NCBI GenBank assembly: GCA_023213395.1 | Contig: CM041465.1 | Coordinates: 139,507,741 to 139,571,740, forward strand | Reading direction: 5' to 3' | DNA: 64,000 bases | Source of the DNA: Cycas panzhihuaensis | Lineage: Eukaryota; Plantae; Cycadophyta | Shown: positions 13,590 through 27,451 of the stretch, piece after piece | How positions within the stretch are numbered: the first letter of the stretch is position 1 | Layout: every line of letters starts with the position of its first letter | The notes under the pieces: generated by a model | Told to the model about the DNA's origin: nothing | The model's input: only the letters and a program-made list of their open reading frames with translations | Databases searched by the model: none | Made by a program: the position numbers and the translations under genes

Positions 13590-14110
13590 AATTAAGGTAT
13601 TAAGGACCAACTTACCACCTCATCCTCCTAAGGTTCCTAAGTTTGATGGTACTTCCTCTCATGACCCAACCAAACATGTCAGGTTATTTACCATGGCATG
13701 CATTGATTATTTGGCCTATGATTACATCTTAATAAAGCCTTTTCCTAGGTCCCTCTAAGAAGGTGCCCTTATGTGGTTCTATCATCTTTTCACCCATTGT
13801 ATTTTAACTTTTTAATAGTTAGTTGATGAATTCATCAATTACTTTGATGTTAACTAGCCTTTTGAGAGTGGTGTTAAATCCATACTCTTACTTAAACAAG
13901 GCCCTGAGGAGCTAAACTATGACTTCATGCAGTAGTTCCATGATCTTTTTTATTCTTCTAAGGCTATGCTACTAGAAGAATTAAAGAAGGATCCTTTTAT
14001 CAATTCATTATACCCTAAGGTACACACTAAGGTCCTTAAGATGGAAGTGACCTCTTATGACTCTACCACCCCTAAATACTTGGCATTGGAAGCCATTAAG
14101 ATCCAAGCCA
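13590..14110 (+). pseudogene. Tat-like gag core (decayed), preceded by a long Pro/Tyr/His-rich region from about 12400
   Basis: PKVPKFDGTSSHDPTKHV..FPRSL*EGALMWFYHL..LKQGPEE. Confidence 0.85.
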
Positions 14111-14696
14111 ATCTTAAGAAGCTTCCAAAGTATTTGCAATGTTGTGAGGTGTTATATATCATTACATCAAAATGCCTATGGGTAATTTTGATAGGTTACT
14201 AACAAGGCACATGGAGATGCACATAGTGTGACCTTTATCCAAGCAAGGGGTATGCATCTAGCTACCCAACCTACCTCCTTTTTTTCCCTTTTTTATGGCA
14301 AGGGGTATATACTTAGCTACCCAACCTACATTCATGACAATAGTAGGTACTATATCGGTAGTAAGAGTGGAACCTAACCCTCGGTTATGATACCACTTGT
14401 TGGGTGAAGGATCTAGTGCCACAATCTACTACACTAAAGTAATGGTACATAATAAGGGCAAAATGGAGAGAACAATATTGAGAGAAAAAGTGAGGTGAAA
14501 ATTATAACTCTCTCTTTCATATTCAGTCTTATATATTAGAGGATGTGTATTAGGGTTTCCAAAGGAGTTTTCCACCTACTGATATGATCTCAAAATTACA
14601 TTTAAATATAAATAAAATTATATTTAATTATGTGAATTAGCTAACCTAAAGTCACTTATAATTAATCTATTGACCTTGATACATTAGCTTCCATCA
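14110..14696 (-). mobile_element. Truncated LTR element: leader, PBS (14384-14395) and 5' LTR (14398-14696)
   Basis: gttatgatacca followed by TGttggg..ccatCA. The LTR is distantly similar to the LTRs at 15111 and 22181. No second LTR; the left boundary is approximate. Confidence 0.8.
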
Positions 14697-15110
14697 CTCT
14701 TATCCTCTATAAATTAAATCATTAATCAAATTATTGGTTTTAAAGTGATGTCCTTAATGGATGACTTCTTCATCTATAACCAAATTTAAATATCCCCCAA
14801 GGACTATCCCAAGATGACTTTTACCACCCTTTGGGGAACCTTTGCTTATAAAGCCATGCCATTTGGCCTAAGAATGTTGATGCCACCTATTAGAGGGCCA
14901 TGCATTTTATTTTTCACAACCTCATAAATAAGATTTTTGAAGTATTTATGGATGACTTAATGGGCCTTTCTTAGAGAAGGGTTGATTACCCTGTAGACCT
15001 TATAATGATTTTTGCCAGGTGCTACAAATACCATGTTAGCTTGAACCCATTTAAATATGTTTTTAGGGTAATGACTAGTAAACTCTTAAGGTTCCTTATC
15101 TCTAAACAAG
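14697..15110 (+). pseudogene. Tat-like RT fragment
   Basis: MSLMDDFFIYNQI..FTTLWGTFAYKAMPFGL, VFMDDL, LNPFKYVF; continues at 22496 as SKQ|GI*VDLDKVKAIVDMPPPKT. Confidence 0.9.
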
Positions 15111-18100
15111 TAATGAAAGGATTGATCAAGGGAATAAATCACTCATGCATACAATGGCAATAGAGAATAAATAAGAGATGAAAATAAGATATGAGAGCAA
15201 GGATTGGAGGTGAGAATGAATAAATTGACTCTTTCCTTAAGATTTCACCTTTTATTATTGAGGATGAGTATTAGAGTTAGGATTTTTTTGCCTAATAATA
15301 TGAACCTAAAATTACATCCAAATGCATATAAAGCATATTTCACTAAAAGACTAATGCTAACAATATACCCTAAGGTCACTTAATTAATCTACATAAATGA
15401 CCTTGATATATTAACCTCTTTCAATCCCCCCCTTAATAGTGGAAGGTTATTTTGAGGAAATCTATTCTATGAGGTCTTTATTTGAGCCTCATTATCATAT
15501 TAAAATTCTAAATGACACTTTTGTAGGAAAACCCTTATGAAGAATAAAAACCCATGGACTTTCTAAGATCTATAGTCCCTTTTATAAATTAAAATGGTTA
15601 AGGTGGTTCTTAATATAGCCTAATAGCTAAGCAACTTAAATGTATAACTTGATCTACTAAGTCTCCATATACAATTTGGTCATCCCCTATGCCCTTTAAG
15701 GTTTTCACAGGTTCTAATTTTCTAAAACTAGTATAACTCTTATCTTTCTATGCCCACATGGGATTTTTATAAAGATGATAGAGTAAAGGCTTACTTTTAT
15801 TCTTCCAAACCTACAAGGGGTTTTCATAAATAGAATAGAATATGATGATCCTATTGCTATCTTCTTTGATTAGTCAAAAACAGAGACCCTAAGGCTGATC
15901 TACTTTCAAAACTATTCAAACTTTACCTTTTATAGTAGTTTAGTAAAGATATCAATCGCTTAATCTATTGTGGGATTGTATTCCAGTTGAATTGTGCCAT
16001 CATAAACTAGTTCTCTAATCTTGTAGACTTTCATACTTGTGTATTTGGCTTGATCATGAAATATAATATTTTTTTCCATATGGATTACTGACTAATTATT
16101 TAAACCGAGGCTGGTAGGACTTGTTTGGGTGATATCCAATATTTCTAATAATTTTCTAAGCCATATCACGTCTTTACTAGTCTCAAAAGAAATAATGTAT
16201 TCAACTTCAGTTATTGAATTAATAACTATCTCATGTCATATGGATCTCCATGATATTGGTGTTATTCTAAGAAACGTTACATACCCAGATGTAGATCTTC
16301 CTATATCTTTATCTTCTATAAAGTTTGAGTCTGTATATGTAGAAAATTTAAATTCATTATTAGATTCATATAACAACTTGAAATGTAGCTTTCTAATGAT
16401 TCTGCTTGGGATTTATCATGAATCATGTAAGAATGCTAACAGAGTGTGTAATATATAACCTTGTATTAATAATGTAGATGAGACTACCTACAAGTTTCTT
16501 ATAAAGTATTACATCTACCTCCCTAGTGTCACCATCAATTGAGAGTTTGGTATTAGGGTCTATAAGTATAGCCACTAATCAAGCATCTTCTAACTAAAAC
16601 TTGGTTAGAAGATTGTTGATATATTTTTTTTGGGAGAGAAAAAATTTTTCATTCTTTTATGTTACTTAAATTCCCAAGTAATATTTCATCAATTTAAGGT
16701 TAGATAATTTGAACATTTTGCTAAGTTCCTTTTTTAACTGGCTTATTGTCTATTTACTATTACCTGTTACTAGTATGTCATCTCTAAAGATTATGAGATA
16801 TAAGTGACTTTATCTTTTTACCACTTGATGAATAGTATTGTATCAATATCTTGGTAGTCACAAACCTCATATCTAAGTTACCTCATTCTTTTAAACAACT
16901 TAGCAAACCAAGCACAAGGGACTTGTTTAAGGTTGTATAAGGATTTTCTGAGCTTGCAAACCTTATGCTCTTAACCTTTAATCTTGTATCTTTAATATCA
17001 AGCTAGTGGACTTTTTAACCTTGTTGAGTAGCCAAGGCCATAAGAGTTCTAATTGTAAGCCACTAGGTTATAGGTGCAAAGACTTTAGTGTAGTTGATAC
17101 CTTCCCTTTGTGTGAATCCTTTAGCTACAAACCTTGCCTTATATTTTTCAAGGGTGGCGTCTAATCTATATTTATTTTTGAATACCCATTTATTTTAAAC
17201 TACCTTTCTACCAAGTGGTAGATCAACGAGCTTCTATGTATCTTTTTTTATAAGAGATTGGTATTATTTATTTATTACATTTCTCTAAACTATATGTTTC
17301 GTAGCTTCCTAGTATGAGAGGGGATCTTTATTAAGAGTAAGGTGTAATTCTATTTATTCAAGTTTAGTATATAATGATTCTTGCATCCGTGTTCTATGGG
17401 TACTTCGAGTGCTAGTTTTTCCCACTTCATCTGGTCATATGTCCTTATAAAGTTGGCAAGCTTCATGAGATCCTTGAGTTAGGAATGAGGTCCTAATTTT
17501 CTCAACTTCTTGGTTCTCATTTTATTCATTAAAATGATCATTTTATGAGGAGGATGTTTATGTGCCTGGGGAAGATGGCCCTTCTACCACTATTTTACCT
17601 TTATCAATTGAAGGTGGAGAGGATGATTCTTCTATAATAGCTTTGCCTTTATCAACTCTCATATCTTCAAAGGATGGTGTTAGATGTACACTCATTGATT
17701 CAAAGTCAACTTATATCTTCTAAGGCTTTATTATCAACTTCTAATATTTAGACTAATTTATATATGCCCCCCGTCCTCCCCCTCCCTAAAATTTTAGAAT
17801 CCAGATATCATACTTAATAATATTATTGTAGTGGTGTGAGGGTATTTTGGAGTATATTCTAAGTAGTTGATCCTCTGTCTCCATAAAAATGACATCTCTG
17901 GTCATTATAAATTTTTATTGTGAAAGCAAAAATACCTTATAACCTTTCTTGTACATAGGGTATCCAACAAATATGCCTTTAAGTTCCATTGACTGGAGTT
18001 TATTTCTATCTACATCTAAAATGTGGGCATAGTATGTAAAGCCAAAAATTTTATAGTGAATAATGGGAGCTTATCCTGACCACTTTTCATTAGGTAATTA

Positions 18101-21100
18101 TCCTTTATTTGATGGGTTAACAACATTGATACAATAAAATGTTGTCTAGATAACTTCTTCTCATAATTAGGCAAGTACATTTTTGTGTACCAACATAGAT
18201 CGATCCATGTTCATGATTATCCTGTTCATGCACTTGGCAATTTCATTTTGCTATGGGGTATTTGCTACTGTTGTTTGATGTTTAATGTTATTATCTCGAA
18301 GGTAACTTTCAAACTTATGTAAGGTATTTTCGCCACCATTATTAGTTCAAAGATATATGAGTTGATAACTTAACTCTTTTTTATTATAGGCTTTAAATTC
18401 TTTAAATATATAGAAGGCTTCATCTTTCTTATGTAGAAAAGCTACCCATACTTTCCTGGTAAAATAATCAATGAAAGGGATGTAATATAACTTGCCCTTC
18501 AGTGAATGAATGGGCATTGGTCTGAATAGATCAGAGTATACTAATTATAATGGATGACTCAATTTCTATTAACTTTTGAGAAAGGGTTATTAATGAGATT
18601 TGGCAATAATACAAGCTTCACATTTGAAGGACTTGAAGGAGAACTTTGGAAGACTTGGAAGAGTGTTATAAAGATCTTTAAGTTTATCGGTGTAAACACA
18701 GCATATACAAGTATGTCAAAGAGATTCTAGTGACAATATTTGGTGGGTCAAGATGGTGTTGAATATAAATTCTTCATCAGCACAAGGGCTTTGGGAAGAA
18801 TATGCTTCAGAAGATGGAGAGTTATTTAGTCGAAAGAGTTTGTTAGTGAGATATTCAATCAAAACTACTTAATTAGTTAGAGGGTGAATAACATAGAGAG
18901 TCTAGTCATTTATAGTTACACTTAGATTAAATCAATGAGAGATAAGTGTGGATAAGAAGAGCAAGTTTTATTTGAGATTGGGTATGTATAGGACATCAAG
19001 TAATGTAAAATCTCTTAAGCTTAGGAGTTTTAGATAAATGTTACCAATTCTTTCAACAGGTTATTGTGATTTATCATCTATGTAAATAAATCCTTGAACA
19101 TTTGAATCAAATATTTGATATAAACTGTAATTATATATTATATGTTGAGTTTCTCCAGTGTTTATGATCCACTGTCCATTGATTAAAGTAACATTATTTA
19201 CAATTACAATAGTACTTGACATTGATGAAGGGAATTCACAAGTGATATATCCACATCAAGCTTCAAAGTATCTTTGTGGTTGGTCAATAGCATTTGATTT
19301 TGAAGATCCTTCAATTCTTTAAAAATGAGCTTAAGTAAAACCTTTACTACTAAATGATTCTTCACAAGTTTATTCAACATTATCAACTCCATATTTTAGT
19401 TGGAACTTGGCCAACTTATAAGTGGTAGTTCTATAGTCTTTTGCAAAGTGCCCTTTATGGTTATACCAATAACATATAATAGTCTGATTGTTAGTCCCTA
19501 AAGAGGTACTGACTTGGCCTAACTATCTTATTTTTTGTTGAGGTGGCCCTTGGCCTTGAGACTATCAAGGTTATGACTGAGGGTTTAGTTGACCCTATAG
19601 ATGATTTCCCATATTTCTTCCTCTTCCTCTTATTTAGTTGTTTCCTCTGCCATGAGAGGGACCTTGATTCTTTGTATAGCAAGCTCCTTCTTCAACCTCA
19701 AAGGCTGCATCTAGAAGACAGTCATAGGCTACAAGGTTGGTATCAAAGGTCTTGTCAAATTCTATAAACTTCTGAACAAGTGCTTTAAAGTTGAGTGTAT
19801 TGAATGTTCCACTACATTGAATACTTCCAAGTAAGTTTTTAAAATCATGGACATATAGACATGATTGGATCAAGAATATCTAATTTATACATTAGGTCTT
19901 AAAATCTTTGCTAATTACCTATTTTATTGGTTGAAGGAGATTTATTATCTCATGAGCTCATCCCTTCTGCATTTTTAATTTATTTATTTTTAGAACAAGA
20001 TGGACAAATTCTAAGTTTGACTTGGTATCAAAGTTCTTCTTGAGAACTTCAAGGACCTTCCAAGCTATATCATGTTACTCTTTATCAATCAAGTTGTACA
20101 AGGAGTGATCAGTAACTAACAAAATTTCTATATAAATCTTTTCATCATTTATCTCCTATTATAGTTTAGTTGTGACATATATACGAGTTATTAGAGTGGT
20201 TATATTAGAAGCAGGTATTATAGCTATTGTAGGCATGATGGTGTAAGCTGCAAGTGGGATCCCCAAAGGCCTTTATACTTTACAGCATTTTTAGCTCCAT
20301 TGTACCATAAATCTTAATTTTCTTTGCCTTTCAATATGTAGTTGACATTTTGCTTGAATTAAGATGACATGGTTATGATGATGAAGTAGAAGAGATGATA
20401 AAAGTATGTGCCATTAGCACATGTGGCTAGTACACCTGGTATAACAGGGATACAAAAATAAATTCTATGATGAGTATAAGTAATAATACAAGAATAAGGC
20501 CTAATATAGAGTTGTCAAAGAGTGGTGATGTGTCATACCACTAATCTCTAGCTTATATCCAAATGTAGTTGAGGTTTCGATGCCTAGGGCTTCTAGTATA
20601 TGATTAGGGCCTTCACCTATGATACCCACATCTATACTTGGTGATGAAATTCAAGTCCCAATAGAGCCTAGGTACTCCCAATCCTCACCCAATTCACTAG
20701 TGAGCAGTTATATGCCTCCTTTGAAGATTTAAGTAGTACATGCATATCCCATGACTATGACGAATATTAGACCGAGTTGATTTTAATCTTATATTAAGGT
20801 TATAGTTATCCCAACTGGTTATTAAGATAATCCCTAATGGGAGCCTATAGATATGGCTAACCTATCACTCCACTAGTATTCTAGTTAATACTAGACCCAA
20901 TATGAAACTCACACCTCCCTTAGGGCCCAGACTTTGACCAACCATGGTCTATTTTAACCAAGGCAAGTGTACACACAAATCAAGAACTAGCGATATAAGT
21001 CAAATATAATGGGTTTAATTTATATAATATGCAAATATATTTATGTTTATGTTACTAAAAATAATTACTAATGTGTTGATACTTACTTTTATATATCCTT

Positions 21101-22495
21101 TATATTGCTCTTCATGTACTTGAATAAATATGAAAAGATGCTAAAGTATAAATACCATATTTTACTATGATCTAGGTGTTTTATTATTACAATGAATATT
21201 TTTTTTCTTTTTCTATTTGAAAAAACCCTTTTGTTTTGTTAAGAAAAGAGAAAAAGCAAAAAACTTAACAATTTACTTCTAAACTTATATTTTGACTAAA
21301 AGAGAAAGTATTAGAAGAAACAAGAGAAGTCTGAATCTTCTATCAGAATCTTTTATATGACTATGTAACCGTACGAAATAGTTAAAACATTTGGCTCAAA
21401 ACTCCACTCTCCTAGATGATAGATCTTACTGTGGTAAGTCAAAAATTTTTCTGAGGAAACTTCTAAAAATGAGTAGAAATAGCCCAAAACTCGTTGAAAC
21501 TCCAATGAGACTTTCCTTAGCAAAAATATAAATTTTAAAGAAATGTCTCTCTCTGATGCATCAAATTTGATAAAACTTGATTTATTGGATTCCTTGAGGC
21601 TAGATCTACTAAATCCCTTAATAAATTTTCACATGTATTAAAAATTTTAAGAAAATTTCTCAAAAAAATAGTCAGATTAGGGCTAACTGAACTTCTATTT
21701 TTTGAGGCTGATCTAAGCAAAATTTAGAGATAGTGTAGAAGACAAAAATGTTTGTCTTACTTAGGCATTCCTCCTTACAAATTTTTAGTAGAAATGAATG
21801 ACTTTTAATTTTCACCTATCATAGAGCTGAATAACCCTTTTATAACTGATAATTAATTTATAATAAAAAATCAATAGAATCTTCCTTAATAAAATATAAA
21901 ATTATCTATAAATATTAATAGAAAAGTTTTTCTTAAGAGCCTATAGTAAGGATACCTTCTTATGGCTAATAGTTTTGATCCTTAATACATTTGCAAATAA
22001 ATAGAGGATATTGAAATATGCTATAAATGAAATACAAGCTTTACATGATAAGAAAGCTCTTAAAATTTTGAAAATAATGAGTGCACTCTCAATACTTCAC
22101 ATTAAAGTTGAAGGAGAGATAAAATGACTCCATACAAATAGAATGGAGTGAATATATTCCCTTCTAGCTTTAATATTGCATGAAGGGAGGATGGATCTAG
22201 AAAATAAATCACTCACATATATACAATGTCAATGGAGAATGAAGAAGAGATAAAAACAAGATATGAGAGCAAATCTTAAAGGTGAGAATGAATAAATTAA
22301 CTCCTTCCTTGATATTTCTTCTTTTATTATTGAGGGTAAGTATTAGGGTTAGGATTTTTCCACCTAATAATATGAACTTGAAATTACATCTAAATGCACA
22401 TAAAGTGTATTTCACTAAGAGACTAATGTTAACAATATACCCTAAGGTCACTTAATTAATCTAGACAAATAAACTTGATAAATTAACCTCTTTCA
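15111..22495 (-). mobile_element. Full-length decayed Ty1/copia element nested in the Tat RT
   Basis: LTRs 15111-15423 and 22181-22495; TSD acaag/ataag; PPT atcccccccttaa at 15424; decayed PBS near 22167-22178. Confidence 0.93.
15890..20370 (-). pseudogene. Copia gag-pol (gag, PR, INT, RT, RNase H)
   Basis: gag LKGKEN*DLW..GLW; protease WIINTGETQH; INT FIDYFTRKVW; RT KARFVAKGFTQREGINY and LRKSLYNLKQVP; RH RSTSGYV and IDIFTKLL. Copia domain order. Confidence 0.92.
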
Positions 22496-24478
22496 ATAAG
22501 GAATCTAAGTTGACCTTGACAAAGTTAAGGCCATTGTTGACATGCCACCTCCAAAGACACAATGGCAAATTAAATTGTTCTTAGGGTAATTAGGTTTCTT
22601 GAGGTATTTCTTAGTAGATTTTTCCATTAATACCAAACCTTTAACCAACCTACTAAAGAAATAGACCCTTTTTGTTTGGTCTTCTGGGACTGAAGAGGCC
22701 TTCTAAGAGATTAAGAGAGCTTTTATTTTAGCTTTAATCTTGGCCCTTCCTCTTTTTCATCATCCCTTTATATGTTATACTTTAATGACTGATGAATCTA
22801 TGGGTGTCATGCTAGCCTAGTAGGACAACTCCAAAACAGAAAGAGTTATCTATTTCATTAGTCGTACCTTAGTAATGGCAGAATTAAACTATCCCATGAT
22901 AGAGAAAGAATGCTCAGCCTTAGTTTATGCCATCAAGAATCTTAGGAATTACCTCTTAGGTAATACCACCCATGTGATAGTCCAATCAAACCCCCTGAGA
23001 TACCTTATGACATTATCCAACTTTATAGGAAGGATGGGCAAATGGGTCATCCTCCTCCAAGAGTATGACCTCAAAATCATTAACTACAAATCTAAAAAAG
23101 ATATGGTAATCACAAAGCAACTAGTAGATGCTTCAATTCCTAGTGTGTATAATATTCTAGTCAATGACTCTTGACTAGATAAGACCATCTTAACCTTTCA
23201 TCAAACTAATTCCCATCCATTGGCTACTACCGAGTGATGTGATGATACTATTAATTATCTAATTCATTAAAAATAGCTAGTAAATTCCAATGATAAGGTC
23301 AAGCTACATGTAAGGGCAATTTCTTGACAGTACTTTCTCATAGAGGACGCACTGTATAAATGATCCTTTGATGGGGTGTTATTTCATTGTGTGAACCTAA
23401 AGGAGACTAATCAAATCCTCTGTGAATGCCATGATGACATCTGCGGAGGTTATTCTAGAGGCCAATCCATAGCCCAACATATACTGCATATGGGTTTTTA
23501 TTGGTCAATGTTATTCCAAGATAAACATACATATGCTTAGTGTTGTCGTAGGTGCCAAGAGTATGCCAACATTATTTGACAACCTTTTGAGGCATTACAT
23601 GTGAGCATCTTTCCATGGCCTTTCTCCAAGTGGGGCCTAAACATCATCGAGGTAATCACCCTTTTATCTTTGCCCCAACATAAATTCATCTTAATAGCCA
23701 CAAAGTATTTTACTAAATGGGCCAAAGCCATTCCTTTATCTTCAATGAGGGGTAAAACTATTGCCACTTTTATATTCTAACATATCATTTTCTATTTCGG
23801 GATTCTTGACATCCTCATCATAGATAATGGAATCCCATTTTGTAACAAGGAGATGGATGAACTTTGTTAGTGATTCAAAATTTCTCATAAGACCTTATCC
23901 CCCTATTACCCTAAGGCCAATAGCAAAATTAAAGCTTTTAATAATATTCTAATTAATATTCTTAAGAAGATTATCACTTAATCCTAATAGGATTAATACC
24001 TTTAGCTATATTTGGCTTTATAGGACTACTATACCTTGATTTGAATGGATATAAGAATGACCCTATTCTCCCTAGTCTATGGATCCAAGGGAATAGTTCC
24101 CCTCATAGTTGAAATCCTGTCCTTAAAGTCTCTCTTAAGGATTTCACCAATAAGGAATTACTACATCAAGGTCACCTCCTTGACCTTAAAGCTTTAGATG
24201 AAAAATGCCTAGTAGCATACCAAGCCAACTTGGCATCTAAAGCTTAAGCATAGAAGATGAATGATAAACATTTGCATCTACATCCTTTAATCCCCAAGGA
24301 TCAAGTCCTTAAATTAGAATATCTACATGATTTTCTCTCTAAATTTAGCCACAAGTAGGTGGACCCTTTTGTAGTTATCAAGAGACTTAATAATGGCACC
24401 TATAGAATTTCCATGCTAGAAGGCCTTAAGTTTGATAAGGTTGTTAATGGTCAGTACTTCAAGAGGTTCTATAGCTAA
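22496..24478 (+). pseudogene. Tat-like pol remainder (RT end, RNase H, integrase)
   Basis: AELNYPMIEKECSALVYAIKNLRNYLL..GRMGKWVILLQEYD; ECHDDICGG; WPFSKWGLNII; ATKYFTKWAKAIP; SPYYPKAN; VNGQYFKRFY*. Confidence 0.92.
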
Positions 24479-24934
24479 GCCTCCTCCCTTACCTCTGAAC
24501 ATCATCCACTAATGATGCTAAACTATGGAAACCATAACTCCTTTGATTTATTGAGTTCTTTCTCCTTGAGTATTCTTTGGGCATTACTCTTATATATTCA
24601 AGCAGCCTTGGGGCTCCTAACCCCCCCTTATGGGCCATGCTACCCATTTTTATGGCTTGCCACCAAGGTAACCCTTTGGTCATTTGCCCCCTATTCATGT
24701 ATACTTAGGGTGTATAGCCATTGGTGAAGGTTTTGATGCTATCATTGACCTATCTCTCTTCCTCCTAGCTTATACACCTTTGACCATCTACTAATGAGGC
24801 ATCACTACAGTAGATACCACCCCTGATCATACATATGTATTTGTTTGTTAGTATGTATCTCACATCATTTATATTAGTAGCATTCATCATCTTCTAAGAT
24901 TTAGAGTGAAGAGGTTCTATTATCAAGGGGGCAA

Positions 24935-26258
24935 TGTTTCCTAGCTTTTAAGAACAACATTGACATGATGACATGGGTAAGTACATGTATGCATCTTTAC
25001 TTTTATCACCCATCACATTTATTATGTTATTCTGGTTTATGTGATGTACTGATTAGGTAGTAGATGTGTGTTTACTTACATGATTAGCCTACCTATATCC
25101 TATTTTTTATATTGATAATGACTAGGACTCCTATCAAATGGCCTTAGAGCTTTGTGTTAGTTTCTTGATTAGAAAATGGACCTCCCCATATCCCTACAAC
25201 TTTCTTTTAGACCTATCATTATTTGTTTAGCCCTATTTCCTCTCTAGAACCATTAGTCACTTCTCATTTTAGGCTTTAGGATTGACCTTTGGGAGTTAGA
25301 ATGGCCTTACGATAGGATTTAGGCCCCGTTTACCCATTCTATTACTACATCATTATCTCTTTTGGTATAAGAAGTAGTATTGCAAAGTAATTTGTAGTAC
25401 TATAGATTTGTCTATGGTATGACTATTGTGGGTCCTGAGTGCATCTCCAATGGCTAAATAACTTTTTTATCATCGTTTTTGGTGGGCCTAACACACCACA
25501 TTAGCCCAAGCCAACTTATCATGCTCTTGGGCTCCTCATTGGATCTCCAATAATATTTTTATTCAAAATTTCTTAAGATTTGAAGCTCCCCTCCTTAACT
25601 TGATTTATGGTTTTGGGTATTGGTTTCTCCATATTATAGACATATAACCACCACCCCTCACACCTTGTTTTCTTCTATAAGAACCCTTAAGTTTGAGGGT
25701 AGGAGATCTTGGATTTTCTGTTCTTCTCATAGTAATGAATTGCTATTGGAATTTCATCTCAACACTCTTCCATCCTTCATGTGACTTGCATACTTTGAAG
25801 CTAAGGTGGTAACTTTGGAGATTAACCCTAAGAGCAATCAAGGAGGCATTAGAGAACTACTCATTGGGTGGTCATTGACTTCTCACCTCTTTATTGGCTT
25901 GGGCATACCCCTCTTACCTTGGTTTGTTGATTGTGAGACTCCTGTTACCCTTTCCCTCCATGCTTTTCTTTTTTAAGTTGCATAGGTAGAATTTCATGAA
26001 TTAGCAGTTTCTCTCTTGTTGTGATTGTAGAAGGTAGGGTTTAAATTTGTATGATCCCTCCTTCCCTTTTACTTATATCTTCACTAAGTTACAAGGTTTT
26101 CTTGGGGAAGTTTCCCTTAGTAAAACTGGGAAAACCACTTGTGTAGGGGAGGTTGTACCATTTTGAGGCACCTTTTCCCCCTTCTTGTCTCACATTTATT
26201 ACTATTCCTATTTCACTACCTAATATATATACATACATACATACATATATCTATACAT

Positions 26259-26293
<35 letters not shown>

Positions 26294-27451
26294 TACATGT
26301 TATATATTTATACTGACTTATTTTTATGCAAATAGACTTTAGAAGATTGTTATGGTAACTCTCCCTCTCTCTCTCTCTAATACTAACTTATAAGGACATC
26401 AGAGGAAGCATACCCTTCAACATTTACATTAGGGTTCAGAGCTAGGGTGTACCCTGACAAGGTAAGCATCCATGTCTTTTCATACTTCTAATTTCTTTAC
26501 TTTTTTATCTTCTTCCTTTGTTATTCTTCATTTGTTTTCTTTTTATTTAGGGTGGGTAAGTGGAGCCCCCTACTCTACTTCAAAGTGACAATATGAGCAT
26601 CCAAGGGGATGATGAGGAGAGATGAAAAGGAGGGATGCTTTCAACTACCAACTAAATCTGGGTACACCTCCTCCCCTTTTCCTCATCATTATTGGTATAT
26701 CACACTCTACTTCCTATTGTGGAAACTCTTTCCCCTTTTTTTCAAATTTTTTAGGATGTATCATTATTTAAGGAGAAAATATAGGAATCAAGAAGGATTT
26801 TTAGCATAATAGAGGGTAGAGAAAATTTAATTTATAAGAAGGAAGGTTAGTCTGATTTTTATCCTTTTCTAAATAAAGAGATTGAAAGCAAGGGTTTTAT
26901 AGGAGTAAGGTTAGGGTTCCCTCCTTTGTTTCCCCCTTAGTTGCACTATTTGTTTCTTTTCTTTATTTATTATATGTGCCTTTTTTTAATAAAAAGGAAA
27001 GGGAAAGAATGTTAAAGTAAAGGAGAGTGAGGTTGTTCACTCATTTTTTCCTTTTCTTTTTCCTCTTTTCCTTTTGTTCCAACCAATCTAAAAATGAAGC
27101 CAAACCTTACCTCTCATTGTTCTATGAAGTGGGCTTATGCCCATTTGGTCCCATCAACCTTCTCTCTCTTTTTCTCCTTTCTTACATACCAAATTAGTCT
27201 CTCATTAGGGGAGCTTTCCCAACCATGGTATTAAGGGGAATAGGGCACATCCCCATACCCTTATTCCTCTAAAAATCTAATCAAAGGGAAGAGAATTGTG
27301 CCTGCATGTCTTAAATCTACATCTAAAAGATATACAAGCATACTACGTAGGCCACCCAACACTCCATTACACCCCATTCTAAGTCCTGCACCCTAGGCCT
27401 TATTCTCCTTGGTGTTAGTTGTCTTAGGTATCCCTGGCAGGAGTGATCTCA
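24935..27451 (+). mobile_element. 3' LTR of the Tat-like element (~2.52 kb)
   Basis: TG..CA, preceded by a PPT, followed by the TSD; homologous to 9569-12126. Confidence 0.93.
26224..26298. repeat. Compound (TA)/(TACA)/(CA)n microsatellite inside the 3' Tat LTR
   Basis: Read directly. Confidence 0.95.

Larger units (their letters stand above)
9569..27451 (+). mobile_element. Complete non-chromovirus (Tat/OTA-like) Ty3/gypsy element with two nested insertions
   Basis: LTR pair 9569-12126 and 24935-27451; TSD cacct (9564-9568) / tacct (27452-27456); PBS tggtgaccatactggggac (12128-12146); PPT at 24925-24934. Confidence 0.93.

Noticed and set aside
16129-16458. 109-aa plus-strand ORF
   Set aside because: Antisense shadow of the copia RNase H/RT.
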